Program-made: the position numbers and the translations under genes
The notes under the pieces: model-generated
Databases searched by the model: none
Told to the model about the DNA's origin: nothing
What the model saw: only the letters and a program-made list of their open reading frames with translations
Part shown: positions 10,696 through 18,503 of the stretch, piece by piece
Layout: each line of letters opens with the position of its first letter
How positions within the stretch are numbered: the first letter of the stretch is position 1
Assembly: GCA_043803685.1 (NCBI GenBank)
Contig: JAZDJU010000037.1
Coordinates: 91,746-155,745 of the forward strand
DNA length: 64,000 bases
Direction of reading: 5' to 3'
Source of the DNA: Candidatus Omnitrophota bacterium
GTDB lineage: Bacteria; Omnitrophota; Omnitrophia; Omnitrophales; Aquincolibacteriaceae

Positions 10696-11153
10696 TCAAG
10701 CTCATGTTTTGTGTCCTTTTATGTCTTTCGGCCGGCGGCATCGGATCCGCCTTTACCGCGTCCGCGATCCCCGGGTGGTACGCCACGCTCCAGAAGCCAT
10801 TTTTCTCACCGCCCAATTGGATATTCGCTCCCGTTTGGACGCTCCTTTATATCCTGATGGGCATTGCGGCCGCGCTTGTCTGGAAAAAAGGGCTCCGGGC
10901 CCCCCAGGTCCGCACAGCACTCGTGATTTTTCTCGTTCAGCTCACGCTGAACACGGTCTGGTCGGTCCTTTTCTTCGGTCTCCGGTCGCCCCTGCTCGGG
11001 CTCATCGATATTCTGTTCCTTTGGGTCGCGATCTTGGTTACAATAGCGCGTTTTTCCAGGGTCTCGGTCCCGGCCGCCTTGCTCCTCATTCCCTATATAC
11101 TTTGGGTAACTTTTGCGAGTGGGCTTAACTTTGGGATCTTTCTTTTAAACTGA
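10689..11153 (+). CDS. tspO: TspO/MBR family tryptophan-rich sensory protein
   Basis: GWYATLQKPFFSPPNWIFAPVWTLLYILMGIAA and five TM segments. Confidence 0.9.
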   Translation: MLIKLMFCVLLCLSAGGIGSAFTASAIPGWYATLQKPFFSPPNWIFAPVWTLLYILMGIAAALVWKKGLRAPQVRTALVIFLVQLTLNTVWSVLFFGLRSPLLGLIDILFLWVAILVTIARFSRVSVPAALLLIPYILWVTFASGLNFGIFLLN

Positions 11154-11163
11154 CAAGAACATC

Positions 11164-11221
11164 GGGAAACGTTGAACGTGGAACGCAGAGAAATTCCGTT
11201 ACCCGTCCCCCGAGGAAACGG
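11164..11221. repeat. Intergenic array of complementary short words (GGAACG/GAAACG facing CGTT..)
   Basis: gggaaacgttgaacgtggaacg ... cgttacccgtcccccgaggaaacgg. Confidence 0.55.
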
Positions 11222-11230
11222 TATTTAAAC

Positions 11231-11860
11231 ATGGAATGGTTGCAGGAATTTTTTTCGCGGCTTTATAACTTCCAGGAACTTATCCGCTGGGGCGGCTATC
11301 TTGGCCTCGTGATCATCATCTACGCCGAAACAGGACTGCTGGCCGGCTTCTTTCTTCCCGGCGATTCCCTGCTCGTCACCGCCGGCCTCTTCGCGGCGGT
11401 GGACGGAGCCTTGAACATCTGGATCCTCATCCCGCTTTTGTCGGCGGCCGCCATTGTCGGCGACAGCACCGGTTACTGGGTCGGATATCACTTCGGCCCG
11501 AGGCTTTTCAGCCGCACCGATTCTTTTTTCTTTCACAAAGACCATTTGGCCCGGACGCAGAAATTTTATGATAAATACGGGCCTAAAACGATCGTGCTCG
11601 CCCGTTTCGTCCCGATCGTCAGGACCTTTGCCCCTACGGTCACGGGCGTCGGGAAAATGGCCTACGGAAAATTCCTTTTTTATAATGTCGCGGGCGGCAT
11701 CCTCTGGATCGCCAGCATGACGCTCCTGGGGTTCTTTCTCGGGAAACAGATCCCCCACATCGAAAAGAACGTTCACTACGTCATTGCCGTCGTGATCATC
11801 CTGTCGGTCCTGCCGATCCTCAGGGAATGGCTCCATTCGAGGAAAAAGCCTCAGCCATGA
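11231..11860 (+). CDS. DedA/VTT-domain family membrane protein
   Basis: ETGLLAGFFLPGDSLLVTAG and ARFVPIVRTFAPTVTGV are typical of DedA proteins. Confidence 0.88.
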   Translation: MEWLQEFFSRLYNFQELIRWGGYLGLVIIIYAETGLLAGFFLPGDSLLVTAGLFAAVDGALNIWILIPLLSAAAIVGDSTGYWVGYHFGPRLFSRTDSFFFHKDHLARTQKFYDKYGPKTIVLARFVPIVRTFAPTVTGVGKMAYGKFLFYNVAGGILWIASMTLLGFFLGKQIPHIEKNVHYVIAVVIILSVLPILREWLHSRKKPQP

Positions 11861-12192
11861 AAGTTTGGACCGTCGCGCTTCTGATCGTTTCCAATATTTT
11901 CATGACGGCAGCGTGGTACGGGCATCTGCGTTTTAAAAATACAGCTCTTTGGACCGTCATTCTCGTTAGCTGGCTGATCGCCTTCGTGGAATACTGCTTC
12001 CAGGTGCCCGCCAACAGGATCGGGTCCTACCATTTCTCGACGGCGGAACTCAAAACGATCCAGGAAGTGATCACGCTCGTGGTATTCTGCGGTTTTTCTG
12101 TTCTTTATCTCAAAGAAGAATTAAAATGGAACTATCTCGTGGGCTTCGGTTTCATGATCGTCGCTGTCTTCTTTGTCTTTAAAAAGTGGTAA
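11857..12192 (+). CDS. DUF486 (DMT superfamily) small membrane protein
   Basis: TAAWYGHLRFKN ... FVEYCFQVPANRIG ... LKTIQEVITL. ATGA overlap with dedA. Confidence 0.75.
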   Translation: MKVWTVALLIVSNIFMTAAWYGHLRFKNTALWTVILVSWLIAFVEYCFQVPANRIGSYHFSTAELKTIQEVITLVVFCGFSVLYLKEELKWNYLVGFGFMIVAVFFVFKKW

Positions 12193-12215
12193 TCCGGATA
12201 ACTTGAAAGGTCTTT

Positions 12216-12962
12216 ATGGCTCTCAAAGAAACTTATGAAAAACAGGGCGCGTTCCTTTTCCGCCACCGAAGCTATCTCCCGCTCCTCGTCGCGCCTCTTG
12301 TCGTAGTCGCCTTCTTAAGCCCGTCCTATACTCATCCGCTCTTTAGCGGGTTCGCCGGCGGCCTCTGGAAAACCATCTGCATCCTGGTTTCCTTCGCGGG
12401 ACTCCTCGTCCGCTGCCTTGTGGCCGGCTACGTGCCGCGCGGCACCTCCGGGCGCAACACGCAGACCCAGGTCGCGGAAAGCCTGAACACCCTGGGCCTT
12501 TATTCGATGGTCCGGAACCCGCTCTATCTCGGCAACTTCCTCATCATCCTGGGACTTCTGCTCTTGATCCAGGTTTGGTGGTTCACACTCGCCGGAGTCC
12601 TCATTTTCTGGATCTTTTACGAGCGCATCATCTTTACGGAAGAAGAATTCCTCCGCCAAAAGTTTGGCGCCACGTTCGTGGAATGGTCCATGAAGACGCC
12701 TGTCTTCATCCCCAAATTCTCGAACTGGCAGAAACCGGCGCTCCCTTACGCGTGGAAGACCGTCCTGCGACGTGAACACTCCACGCAGTTCGGAATGATC
12801 TCTTCTCTCACGCTTCTCGGGATCGCCTCCGACCTGTTCACGAAGCCTGATCACAAGATCGCAACTTTCTGGTGGATCTTTTGGGGAACTTCCCTTTTGG
12901 TTTATGTCGTCTTCCGTTTTCTGAAGAAGAAGACCCACGTTCTTGATCTGGAAGGAAGATAA
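12216..12962 (+). CDS. ICMT/PEMT-like membrane methyltransferase family protein
   Basis: Polytopic protein. VRNPLYLGNFLIILG resembles the isoprenylcysteine carboxyl methyltransferase-type motif. Confidence 0.6.
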   Translation: MALKETYEKQGAFLFRHRSYLPLLVAPLVVVAFLSPSYTHPLFSGFAGGLWKTICILVSFAGLLVRCLVAGYVPRGTSGRNTQTQVAESLNTLGLYSMVRNPLYLGNFLIILGLLLLIQVWWFTLAGVLIFWIFYERIIFTEEEFLRQKFGATFVEWSMKTPVFIPKFSNWQKPALPYAWKTVLRREHSTQFGMISSLTLLGIASDLFTKPDHKIATFWWIFWGTSLLVYVVFRFLKKKTHVLDLEGR

Positions 12963-12976
12963 CTTCCTTTAAAGAG

Positions 12977-13030
12977 GAAGCGTGGAACGGTTCTCGGGGA
13001 ACGGATCGTTCTACGCGGCACGTTCCCCGG
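12977..13030. repeat. Intergenic array of complementary short words (GGAACGG facing CGTTC/CGTTCCCC)
   Basis: gaagcgtggaacggttctcggggaacggatcgttctacgcggcacgttccccgg. Confidence 0.5.
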
Positions 13031-13048
13031 CCTTTCAGGAGGTGCTCT

Positions 13049-13615
13049 ATGAAAAAATCGCTCGGTGCAAGAACGCTCCTTTTCCCCACGCCGGTCCTGA
13101 TCGTCGGCTCCTATGACGCGAAGGGCGTCCCTAACGCCATGAATGCGGCCTGGGGCGGCATCGCCAGTTCGGAACCGCCTTCCGTCACGGTCTCAATTCG
13201 CAAGAGCCGGAAAACCTACGAGAACATCCTGCTGACCAAGGCCTTCACCGTGAGCATCCCCTCCGAGAAATATATGAAAGAGGCGGATTATCTCGGGATC
13301 GTTTCCGGCAAGACCGAGGACAAGTTCAAAGCCACGGGCCTTACGCCCGTTAAAAGCGACCTTGTGAACGCCCCGTACGTCGCGGAATTCCCGCTTGTGC
13401 TCGAATGCGTCCTTAAAGAGACCCATGATCTCGGCGCCCACATACAATTTATCGGGGAGATCAAGGACGTGAAAGGGGACGAGACGGTCCTGAACGCTAA
13501 AGGATTCCCAGACCCTGAAAAGATGAAAGCGTTCATGTTCGACCCTTGCACGGGCGCTTATTACGCGACCGGAAGATTTCTCGGACAAGCGTTCACCGCA
13601 ACAAAGAAATCCTAG
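13049..13615 (+). CDS. Flavin reductase-like (flavoredoxin) FMN-binding split-barrel protein
   Basis: PTPVLIVGSYDAKGVPNAMNAAWGGIASSEPPSVTVSIRKSRKTYENI. Confidence 0.8.
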   Translation: MKKSLGARTLLFPTPVLIVGSYDAKGVPNAMNAAWGGIASSEPPSVTVSIRKSRKTYENILLTKAFTVSIPSEKYMKEADYLGIVSGKTEDKFKATGLTPVKSDLVNAPYVAEFPLVLECVLKETHDLGAHIQFIGEIKDVKGDETVLNAKGFPDPEKMKAFMFDPCTGAYYATGRFLGQAFTATKKS

Positions 13616-13628
13616 GACAACCATTCCT

Positions 13629-14003
13629 ATGACGAAATGGATCGGATTGGCGGCAGGTGGTATTCTCGGAACTTTCGCCCGCTATTTTCTTTCGGGGGCC
13701 GTACATCGTGCTTTCGGGCCCTCCTTCCCCCTGGGCACTCTCATCGTGAATCTCGTGGGATGCTTCGCGGTCGGGTTCCTAGCTGTTCTCGCGGAAGAAA
13801 AATTCCTGCTGGGACCGGCGGCCCGCGTCTTCCTGATGATCGGCTTTTGCGGCGCCTTCACGACCTTTTCAAGCCTGATCCTTGAGACGTCCAATCTTGC
13901 CAAAGCGGGTGAGAATCTTTTCGCTTTTATGAATATCGTAGTGAGCGTGATCCTGGGCCTTCTGGTCTTCCGCCTGGGCGTCATGCTTGCACGATCGATC
14001 TGA
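13629..14003 (+). CDS. crcB: Fluoride channel CrcB/FluC
   Basis: 124 aa, 4 TM. GGILGTFARY and GFCGAFTTFSS motifs. Confidence 0.92.
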   Translation: MTKWIGLAAGGILGTFARYFLSGAVHRAFGPSFPLGTLIVNLVGCFAVGFLAVLAEEKFLLGPAARVFLMIGFCGAFTTFSSLILETSNLAKAGENLFAFMNIVVSVILGLLVFRLGVMLARSI

Positions 14004-14021
14004 TCTAAACCGGAGGCATTC

Positions 14022-14354
14022 ATGAAAATACCAGAGGACGGAAAGCTTTTAAGGGTCTTCATCGGCGAAGCGGATAAATGGCAGGGACAGCCACTTTATG
14101 AGGCGATTGTGCTTCTGGCCAAAAAGGAAGGCATGGCGGGAGCCACGGCTATTAAGGGTTTCATGGGCTTCGGCTGTAAGAGCCACATGCACACGACCAA
14201 GATCCTGCGCCTGTCCGAAGACCTTCCCATCGTGATTGAGATCGTCGACAGCGAGGAAAAGATCGCGAAGTTCCTTCCGCTCCTCGACCCGATGGTAAAA
14301 GAAGGCCTCGTGACCCTCGAAAAAGCGAACGTCCTTCTTTACCGCGCGGGGTGA
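14022..14354 (+). CDS. DUF190 (PII-like) protein commonly paired with crcB
   Basis: LLRVFIGEADKWQGQPLYEAIVLLAKKEGMAGATAIKGFMGFG. Confidence 0.85.
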   Translation: MKIPEDGKLLRVFIGEADKWQGQPLYEAIVLLAKKEGMAGATAIKGFMGFGCKSHMHTTKILRLSEDLPIVIEIVDSEEKIAKFLPLLDPMVKEGLVTLEKANVLLYRAG

Positions 14355-14965
14355 TTGTCCCCCGAGCGCTTCGAGAGATTCCGGCGAATGGATTCCCGGA
14401 GAGAATAAAGACAGCCGCAGTAATTCTGGCGATAAAGACCTTCCTCTTTGCTAATCCGTTCCATCCCCTCCTGACCGCCGCCGAGCCGCCAGTTATGCTC
14501 CCAGTAAATTAGCCCGGGAAACAGAGAGGCGGCGCGCCGTCCCGCGCGATTCACCTGCTCGAGATCCTTCCAACGGGAAATGCCGAGACTGGTCGCGAAA
14601 ACCTTAAAACCGTTCGACGTCGCATAGGCCGCGGTCTTCCCGAGACGCATCTCAAAGCAGATCGTGCAGCGTCTTCCCCGTTCCGCTTCCTCCTCATGAC
14701 CTTCCACGGCCTGGAGCCACCCATCAACCTCATAGTCCGCATCAACGAACGGGATCTTCATTTTCTGGGCGTAACGGATCACTTCTCTCTTGCGATGCTC
14801 GTACTCCTCCGGCGGATTGATGTTGGGATTGTAGAAATAGACCGTGGGCGTGATCCTGCTCTCGATCATGCGCTGGAGGATCGAACAGGAGCAGGGCGCG
14901 CAGCACGTGTGAAGCAGGACTTTCTTTTCGTTCTGGGGCGCTTGCAATTTCGGAAAGTCTGTCAT
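14339..14965 (-). CDS. queH: Epoxyqueuosine reductase QueH (DUF208)
   Basis: LLHTCCAPCSCS near the N-terminus and a C-terminal YRQNYCGC motif. Confidence 0.88.
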   Translation of the reverse strand: MTDFPKLQAPQNEKKVLLHTCCAPCSCSILQRMIESRITPTVYFYNPNINPPEEYEHRKREVIRYAQKMKIPFVDADYEVDGWLQAVEGHEEEAERGRRCTICFEMRLGKTAAYATSNGFKVFATSLGISRWKDLEQVNRAGRRAASLFPGLIYWEHNWRLGGGQEGMERISKEEGLYRQNYCGCLYSLRESIRRNLSKRSGDNHPAR

Positions 14966-14990
14966 AAGGAACGCCCCGGAAGGCGCGGGA

Positions 14991-15248
14991 TCACAGGATC
15001 CCGGCGATGGGAATAGCTTCGTCGATCAACATCAGCGGGATGTCCTGCCGGATCGCGTAGAGATACTTTTTATCCGCGCGGACAAGCCCACCTTCGATCT
15101 TCTGAGTAATGGCCGCGCCGCCCCGGTTCTTAAGCTCGCCCCGGGCGATCTTTTGATTGATCTTCTCGACGAGAGACGCGTCGGCCACAGCAAGTTCCTG
15201 CTTCGTTTCGGGACAGCACAGAATGGAGATCAAGTCGCTAGATAACAT
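14991..15248 (-). CDS. Trm112/UPF0434 family small zinc-ribbon-like protein
   Basis: 85 aa. LISILCCPETKQEL ... YLYAIRQDIPLMLIDEAI. Confidence 0.8.
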   Translation of the reverse strand: MLSSDLISILCCPETKQELAVADASLVEKINQKIARGELKNRGGAAITQKIEGGLVRADKKYLYAIRQDIPLMLIDEAIPIAGIL

Positions 15249-15320
15249 AGTCCCTAGACCTTTCGGTTTTTAAAATGTGAAGTTCGCATTAACGGCGGCA
15301 TTATACAGAAAAAATCGACT

Positions 15321-15377
15321 GGGGGAAACGGGTAACGGTGAACGATCTAGCTTTACGTTCAGCGCGACACGTTTCCC
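15321..15377. repeat. Intergenic array of complementary short words (AACGG/GAACG facing CGTTC/CGTTTCCC)
   Basis: gggggaaacgggtaacggtgaacg atctagcttta cgttcagcgcgacacgtttccc. Confidence 0.65.
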
Positions 15378-15382
15378 GAGCT

Positions 15383-17839
15383 TTAAACGTTCTCGTCGTC
15401 GCCGGAGCTGGATTCAGCTTCAACGGGGGTGGCCTCGGTGTAATCGCCGGCGGGATTCGGGAGAAGGATCTCACGGGGTTTCGCGCCATCCTGAGGACCG
15501 ATCACGCCCGCGGCTTCCAGTTGGTCCACCACACGCGCGGCCCGCGAATAGCCGAGTCTCAGGCGTCTTTGTAAATAGGAGGTCGAAGCCTGACGCGTGG
15601 TGAGCACAATGCGCTTGGCTTCTTCAAACATATCATCTTTTTCTCCAGCGCCCCCGGGCATCGAACTATTCTGAGCCGCCTGGATCTCATTGTGATATTC
15701 CGGCTTGCCCTGGCTTGCGACAAAAGCCACGACCCCGTTGATCTCCTCGTCCTCAATGAGCGGCGCTTGTCCACGGATCATGTTGTCGCTTCCGGGCTGC
15801 ACAAAAAGCATGTCCCCGCGTCCCAAAAGTTTGTCGGCGCCCTTATTGTCGAGGATCGTACGGGAATCGACGACCGAAGCCACTTTGAAAGCCACGCGTG
15901 CGGGAAAATTCGCTTTAATGACGCCGGTAATGACGTCCACCGAAGGACGCTGGGTCGCGAGGATCAAATGGATACCGACCGCGCGCGAGAGTTGCGCGAG
16001 CCGTGTGATCGCCGTTTCCACCTTGTCCTGCGCCACGAGCATGAGATCCGCGAGTTCGTCGATAATGACCACAATGTAAGGGATCGTCGCCGGAACCACA
16101 TTCTCGGAATCTCCTGCCGCAGCCACCTGCTTTTTGCTTTCTTCGGAGAGCTCGCGGGTGTTAAAACCGACAATATTCCTCACGCCGATCGTGGCGAAAA
16201 GACGGTACCGTTTTTCCATTTCCATCACGACCCAATTAAGCGTATTGGCCGCCTTGCGCACGTCCGTCACCACGGGGGAAAGCATGTGGGGGATCTTGTT
16301 ATAGACGGCAAGCTCCACCATCTTGGGGTCCACCATGACCAGCTTCAGTTGGGAAGGCGTGCAGTGATAAAGGAATCCGGTGATAATGGAATTGATGCAA
16401 ACCGTCTTGCCACTGCCGGTGGTCCCGGCGATCAGGATATGAGGCATGGACGCCAGGTCCGCGATCATCGGCTTCCCGCCCGTATCTTTCCCGAGGATCA
16501 GGGGCAGCATACATTTCTGGGAACGAAAATCGGAATTCTCGATCATCTCGCGCACCAGGATCGGCCGCGACACGGTGTTCGGCACTTCGATCCCGATCGT
16601 CTGCTTCCCCGGGATCGGAATGATCATGCGGATGCTCGTCGCGCGGAGCGCCATGGAAATATCGTCCTCGTAAGCCGCGATCGAATTGGCGCGAACGCCG
16701 GGCGCGGGAAGGATCTCGTAGAGCGTGATCTTCGGGCCCTGCTCCACCTCGACCACCTTCACCTCGATCTCAAACTCGGCTAGTGTCGCCTCGATGGCCT
16801 TGGAGTTGGCCTCGAGATCATCGCCTGCCCCGGGCAGATCACCCTTCGGTCTCTTCAAAAGATCCACGGAAGGAAACTGGTACTGAGCGTCCGCCTTGAT
16901 CTGCGAACCGATCACTCCTTTGAACGACGGCTCGTCCTCGCCACCAGACGATGCTTCTTTTCCTTTAGCGGGATTGTCCGTCTTGATCGTTAGGGGCGGC
17001 ACTATTGGCTTTTTGACAGGTTCCTTGATTTCTTCTTTCAATTTCTTTTCGACCTTGGTCTTATCGTCAGCCATCCCCGCCGTGGGTTGATAGGTCTTGA
17101 TCTTGAGTGGGATGTCCGGCATCCGGGGCGCTGTCTTCTCTTTTTCTCTGCCTGCCAGAAGGACCGCTTTGCCATTTTCCTTTTCCTTGGCCTTCTCTTT
17201 TTCCTTCTCCCTCTGTTTGAGCTCCTTGAGTTGTTTCTCCTGTTCCTTTTTCAGAAAGGCGGCATTCCCGTTCTTTTGAGGTTCCCGGGCAAACCGCTCG
17301 GAAACGCTTTCAAAGAACGCACGCAATTTTTCAAGAAGTCCGCGGAACAGAGGATAAAGGAGAAAATCCGTTGCCAGAAGAAGCGACAAGAGAAGCGCGG
17401 AACCGGCAAGGATGTAGCTTCCGAGACGCCCGAAATACCGCAGAAGATGATTGCCGACCACGTATCCGAACGCGCCACCGTAGATAAAACGCTGCTGAGG
17501 TCCGGCGGAGATCGAAACGAGGGTCGCGATGGAAAGAAGCGCGATCGCAAGCCCGGCGAACTTGAAGATCTTGCGCTCAGGAACCTTCTGGAGAAAGAAG
17601 CACTCCGCCCAGAGCAGGAAAACGAAAGGGATCACAAAGGCGCTAACGCCAAAGACAAGGAAAAGGCCGAACGCGACATACGCCCCAAAAACGCCCGCGT
17701 AATTCGCGACAGGGACTGCCGGTTGGGACGTGTAGAAAGCGATGTCCTCCGCGTGGTAAAAAAAGAGGCTCGCGAAGGTGAAAAGCCCCAGCAAAAGGAA
17801 AAAAACTCCCCAGATCTCGTTGACTCGTTCTTTTTTCAT
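15383..17839 (-). CDS. ftsK: DNA translocase FtsK/SpoIIIE
   Basis: 818 aa. N-terminal TM helices, Lys/Glu-rich linker, Walker A GTTGSGKTV, and a C-terminal gamma winged helix YLQRRLRLGYSRAARVVDQLE. Confidence 0.95.
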   Translation of the reverse strand: MKKERVNEIWGVFFLLLGLFTFASLFFYHAEDIAFYTSQPAVPVANYAGVFGAYVAFGLFLVFGVSAFVIPFVFLLWAECFFLQKVPERKIFKFAGLAIALLSIATLVSISAGPQQRFIYGGAFGYVVGNHLLRYFGRLGSYILAGSALLLSLLLATDFLLYPLFRGLLEKLRAFFESVSERFAREPQKNGNAAFLKKEQEKQLKELKQREKEKEKAKEKENGKAVLLAGREKEKTAPRMPDIPLKIKTYQPTAGMADDKTKVEKKLKEEIKEPVKKPIVPPLTIKTDNPAKGKEASSGGEDEPSFKGVIGSQIKADAQYQFPSVDLLKRPKGDLPGAGDDLEANSKAIEATLAEFEIEVKVVEVEQGPKITLYEILPAPGVRANSIAAYEDDISMALRATSIRMIIPIPGKQTIGIEVPNTVSRPILVREMIENSDFRSQKCMLPLILGKDTGGKPMIADLASMPHILIAGTTGSGKTVCINSIITGFLYHCTPSQLKLVMVDPKMVELAVYNKIPHMLSPVVTDVRKAANTLNWVVMEMEKRYRLFATIGVRNIVGFNTRELSEESKKQVAAAGDSENVVPATIPYIVVIIDELADLMLVAQDKVETAITRLAQLSRAVGIHLILATQRPSVDVITGVIKANFPARVAFKVASVVDSRTILDNKGADKLLGRGDMLFVQPGSDNMIRGQAPLIEDEEINGVVAFVASQGKPEYHNEIQAAQNSSMPGGAGEKDDMFEEAKRIVLTTRQASTSYLQRRLRLGYSRAARVVDQLEAAGVIGPQDGAKPREILLPNPAGDYTEATPVEAESSSGDDENV

Positions 17840-17847
17840 AATTTAAA

Positions 17848-17954
17848 GCGGTCGGCGTTAAGCGGACAGCGTAAAGAATATTAAGTGAATGATAGGTGAA
17901 CGATTATATTTTCAGCCGTTCTGAACGCTTAGCGCTTGACGCTGTACGCTACGG
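17848..17954. repeat. Intergenic array of complementary short words (GCGTTAAGCG/ACAGCGTAAAG facing CGCTTAGCGC/ACGCTGT)
   Basis: Read directly between ftsK and dut. Confidence 0.55.
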
Positions 17955-17955
17955 T

Positions 17956-18405
17956 TCAATGGCCCGTATGACCGAAACCGCCGGCACCCCGGCGTGTTCC
18001 GTCGAGATTATCGACTACTTCGAGGTTCGCCTTAACCACCTCGGCAAGGACCATTTGAGCGATCCGCATTCCTCGCGTCACGGTAAAAGCTTCTTTCGCG
18101 TGATTGATCAAAATGACTTGGATCTCGCCGCGATAATCGGAGTCGATCGTTCCCGGCGTGTTGAGGAGTGTGATCCCGTGCTTGATCGCGAGACCGCTCC
18201 GGGGACGAACCTGGGCCTCCATCTGCTTGGGAAGAGCGATCTGGATCCCCGTGGGCACCAGGACACGATCCCCCGGTTGAAGCGTGATGGGGTCCGAGCA
18301 GGCGGCCAGAAGATCGATGCCGCTCGCGCCTTCGGTCTGGTATTGCGGAAGTGGAAGGCCTTCGAAATGAGGCAGTGTTTTGATCTGAATGTTCAGTTCG
18401 TACAT
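17956..18405 (-). CDS. dut: dUTP diphosphatase
   Basis: 149 aa. [29 protein letters not shown] and a C-terminal [10 protein letters not shown]. Confidence 0.95.
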   Translation of the reverse strand: MYELNIQIKTLPHFEGLPLPQYQTEGASGIDLLAACSDPITLQPGDRVLVPTGIQIALPKQMEAQVRPRSGLAIKHGITLLNTPGTIDSDYRGEIQVILINHAKEAFTVTRGMRIAQMVLAEVVKANLEVVDNLDGTRRGAGGFGHTGH

Positions 18406-18413
18406 ATTTTTGA

Positions 18414-18499
18414 GTAAAAAAAGTCGTAAGTTATAAGCGATAAGTTGTAAGAAATGCGTCAGAGCAAAAACTTACAACTTACCGCTTACCCCTTACAGC
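18414..18499 (-). terminator. Long imperfect hairpin plus T-run downstream of pnp
   Basis: The arms gtcgtaagttataagcgataagttgtaag / cttacaacttaccgcttaccccttacagc are complementary at 23 of 29 positions, 11 bp perfect next to the loop. TTTTTTT follows on the minus strand. Confidence 0.6.
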
Positions 18500-18503
18500 T
18501 ATC

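Noticed and set aside
12963-13628. Fluoride riboswitch upstream of crcB
   Set aside because: The crcB leader is only 13 nt. The spacer before the flavoredoxin gene holds a GGAACG word array but not the conserved crcB-motif segments as I recall them. I could not run a covariance model.
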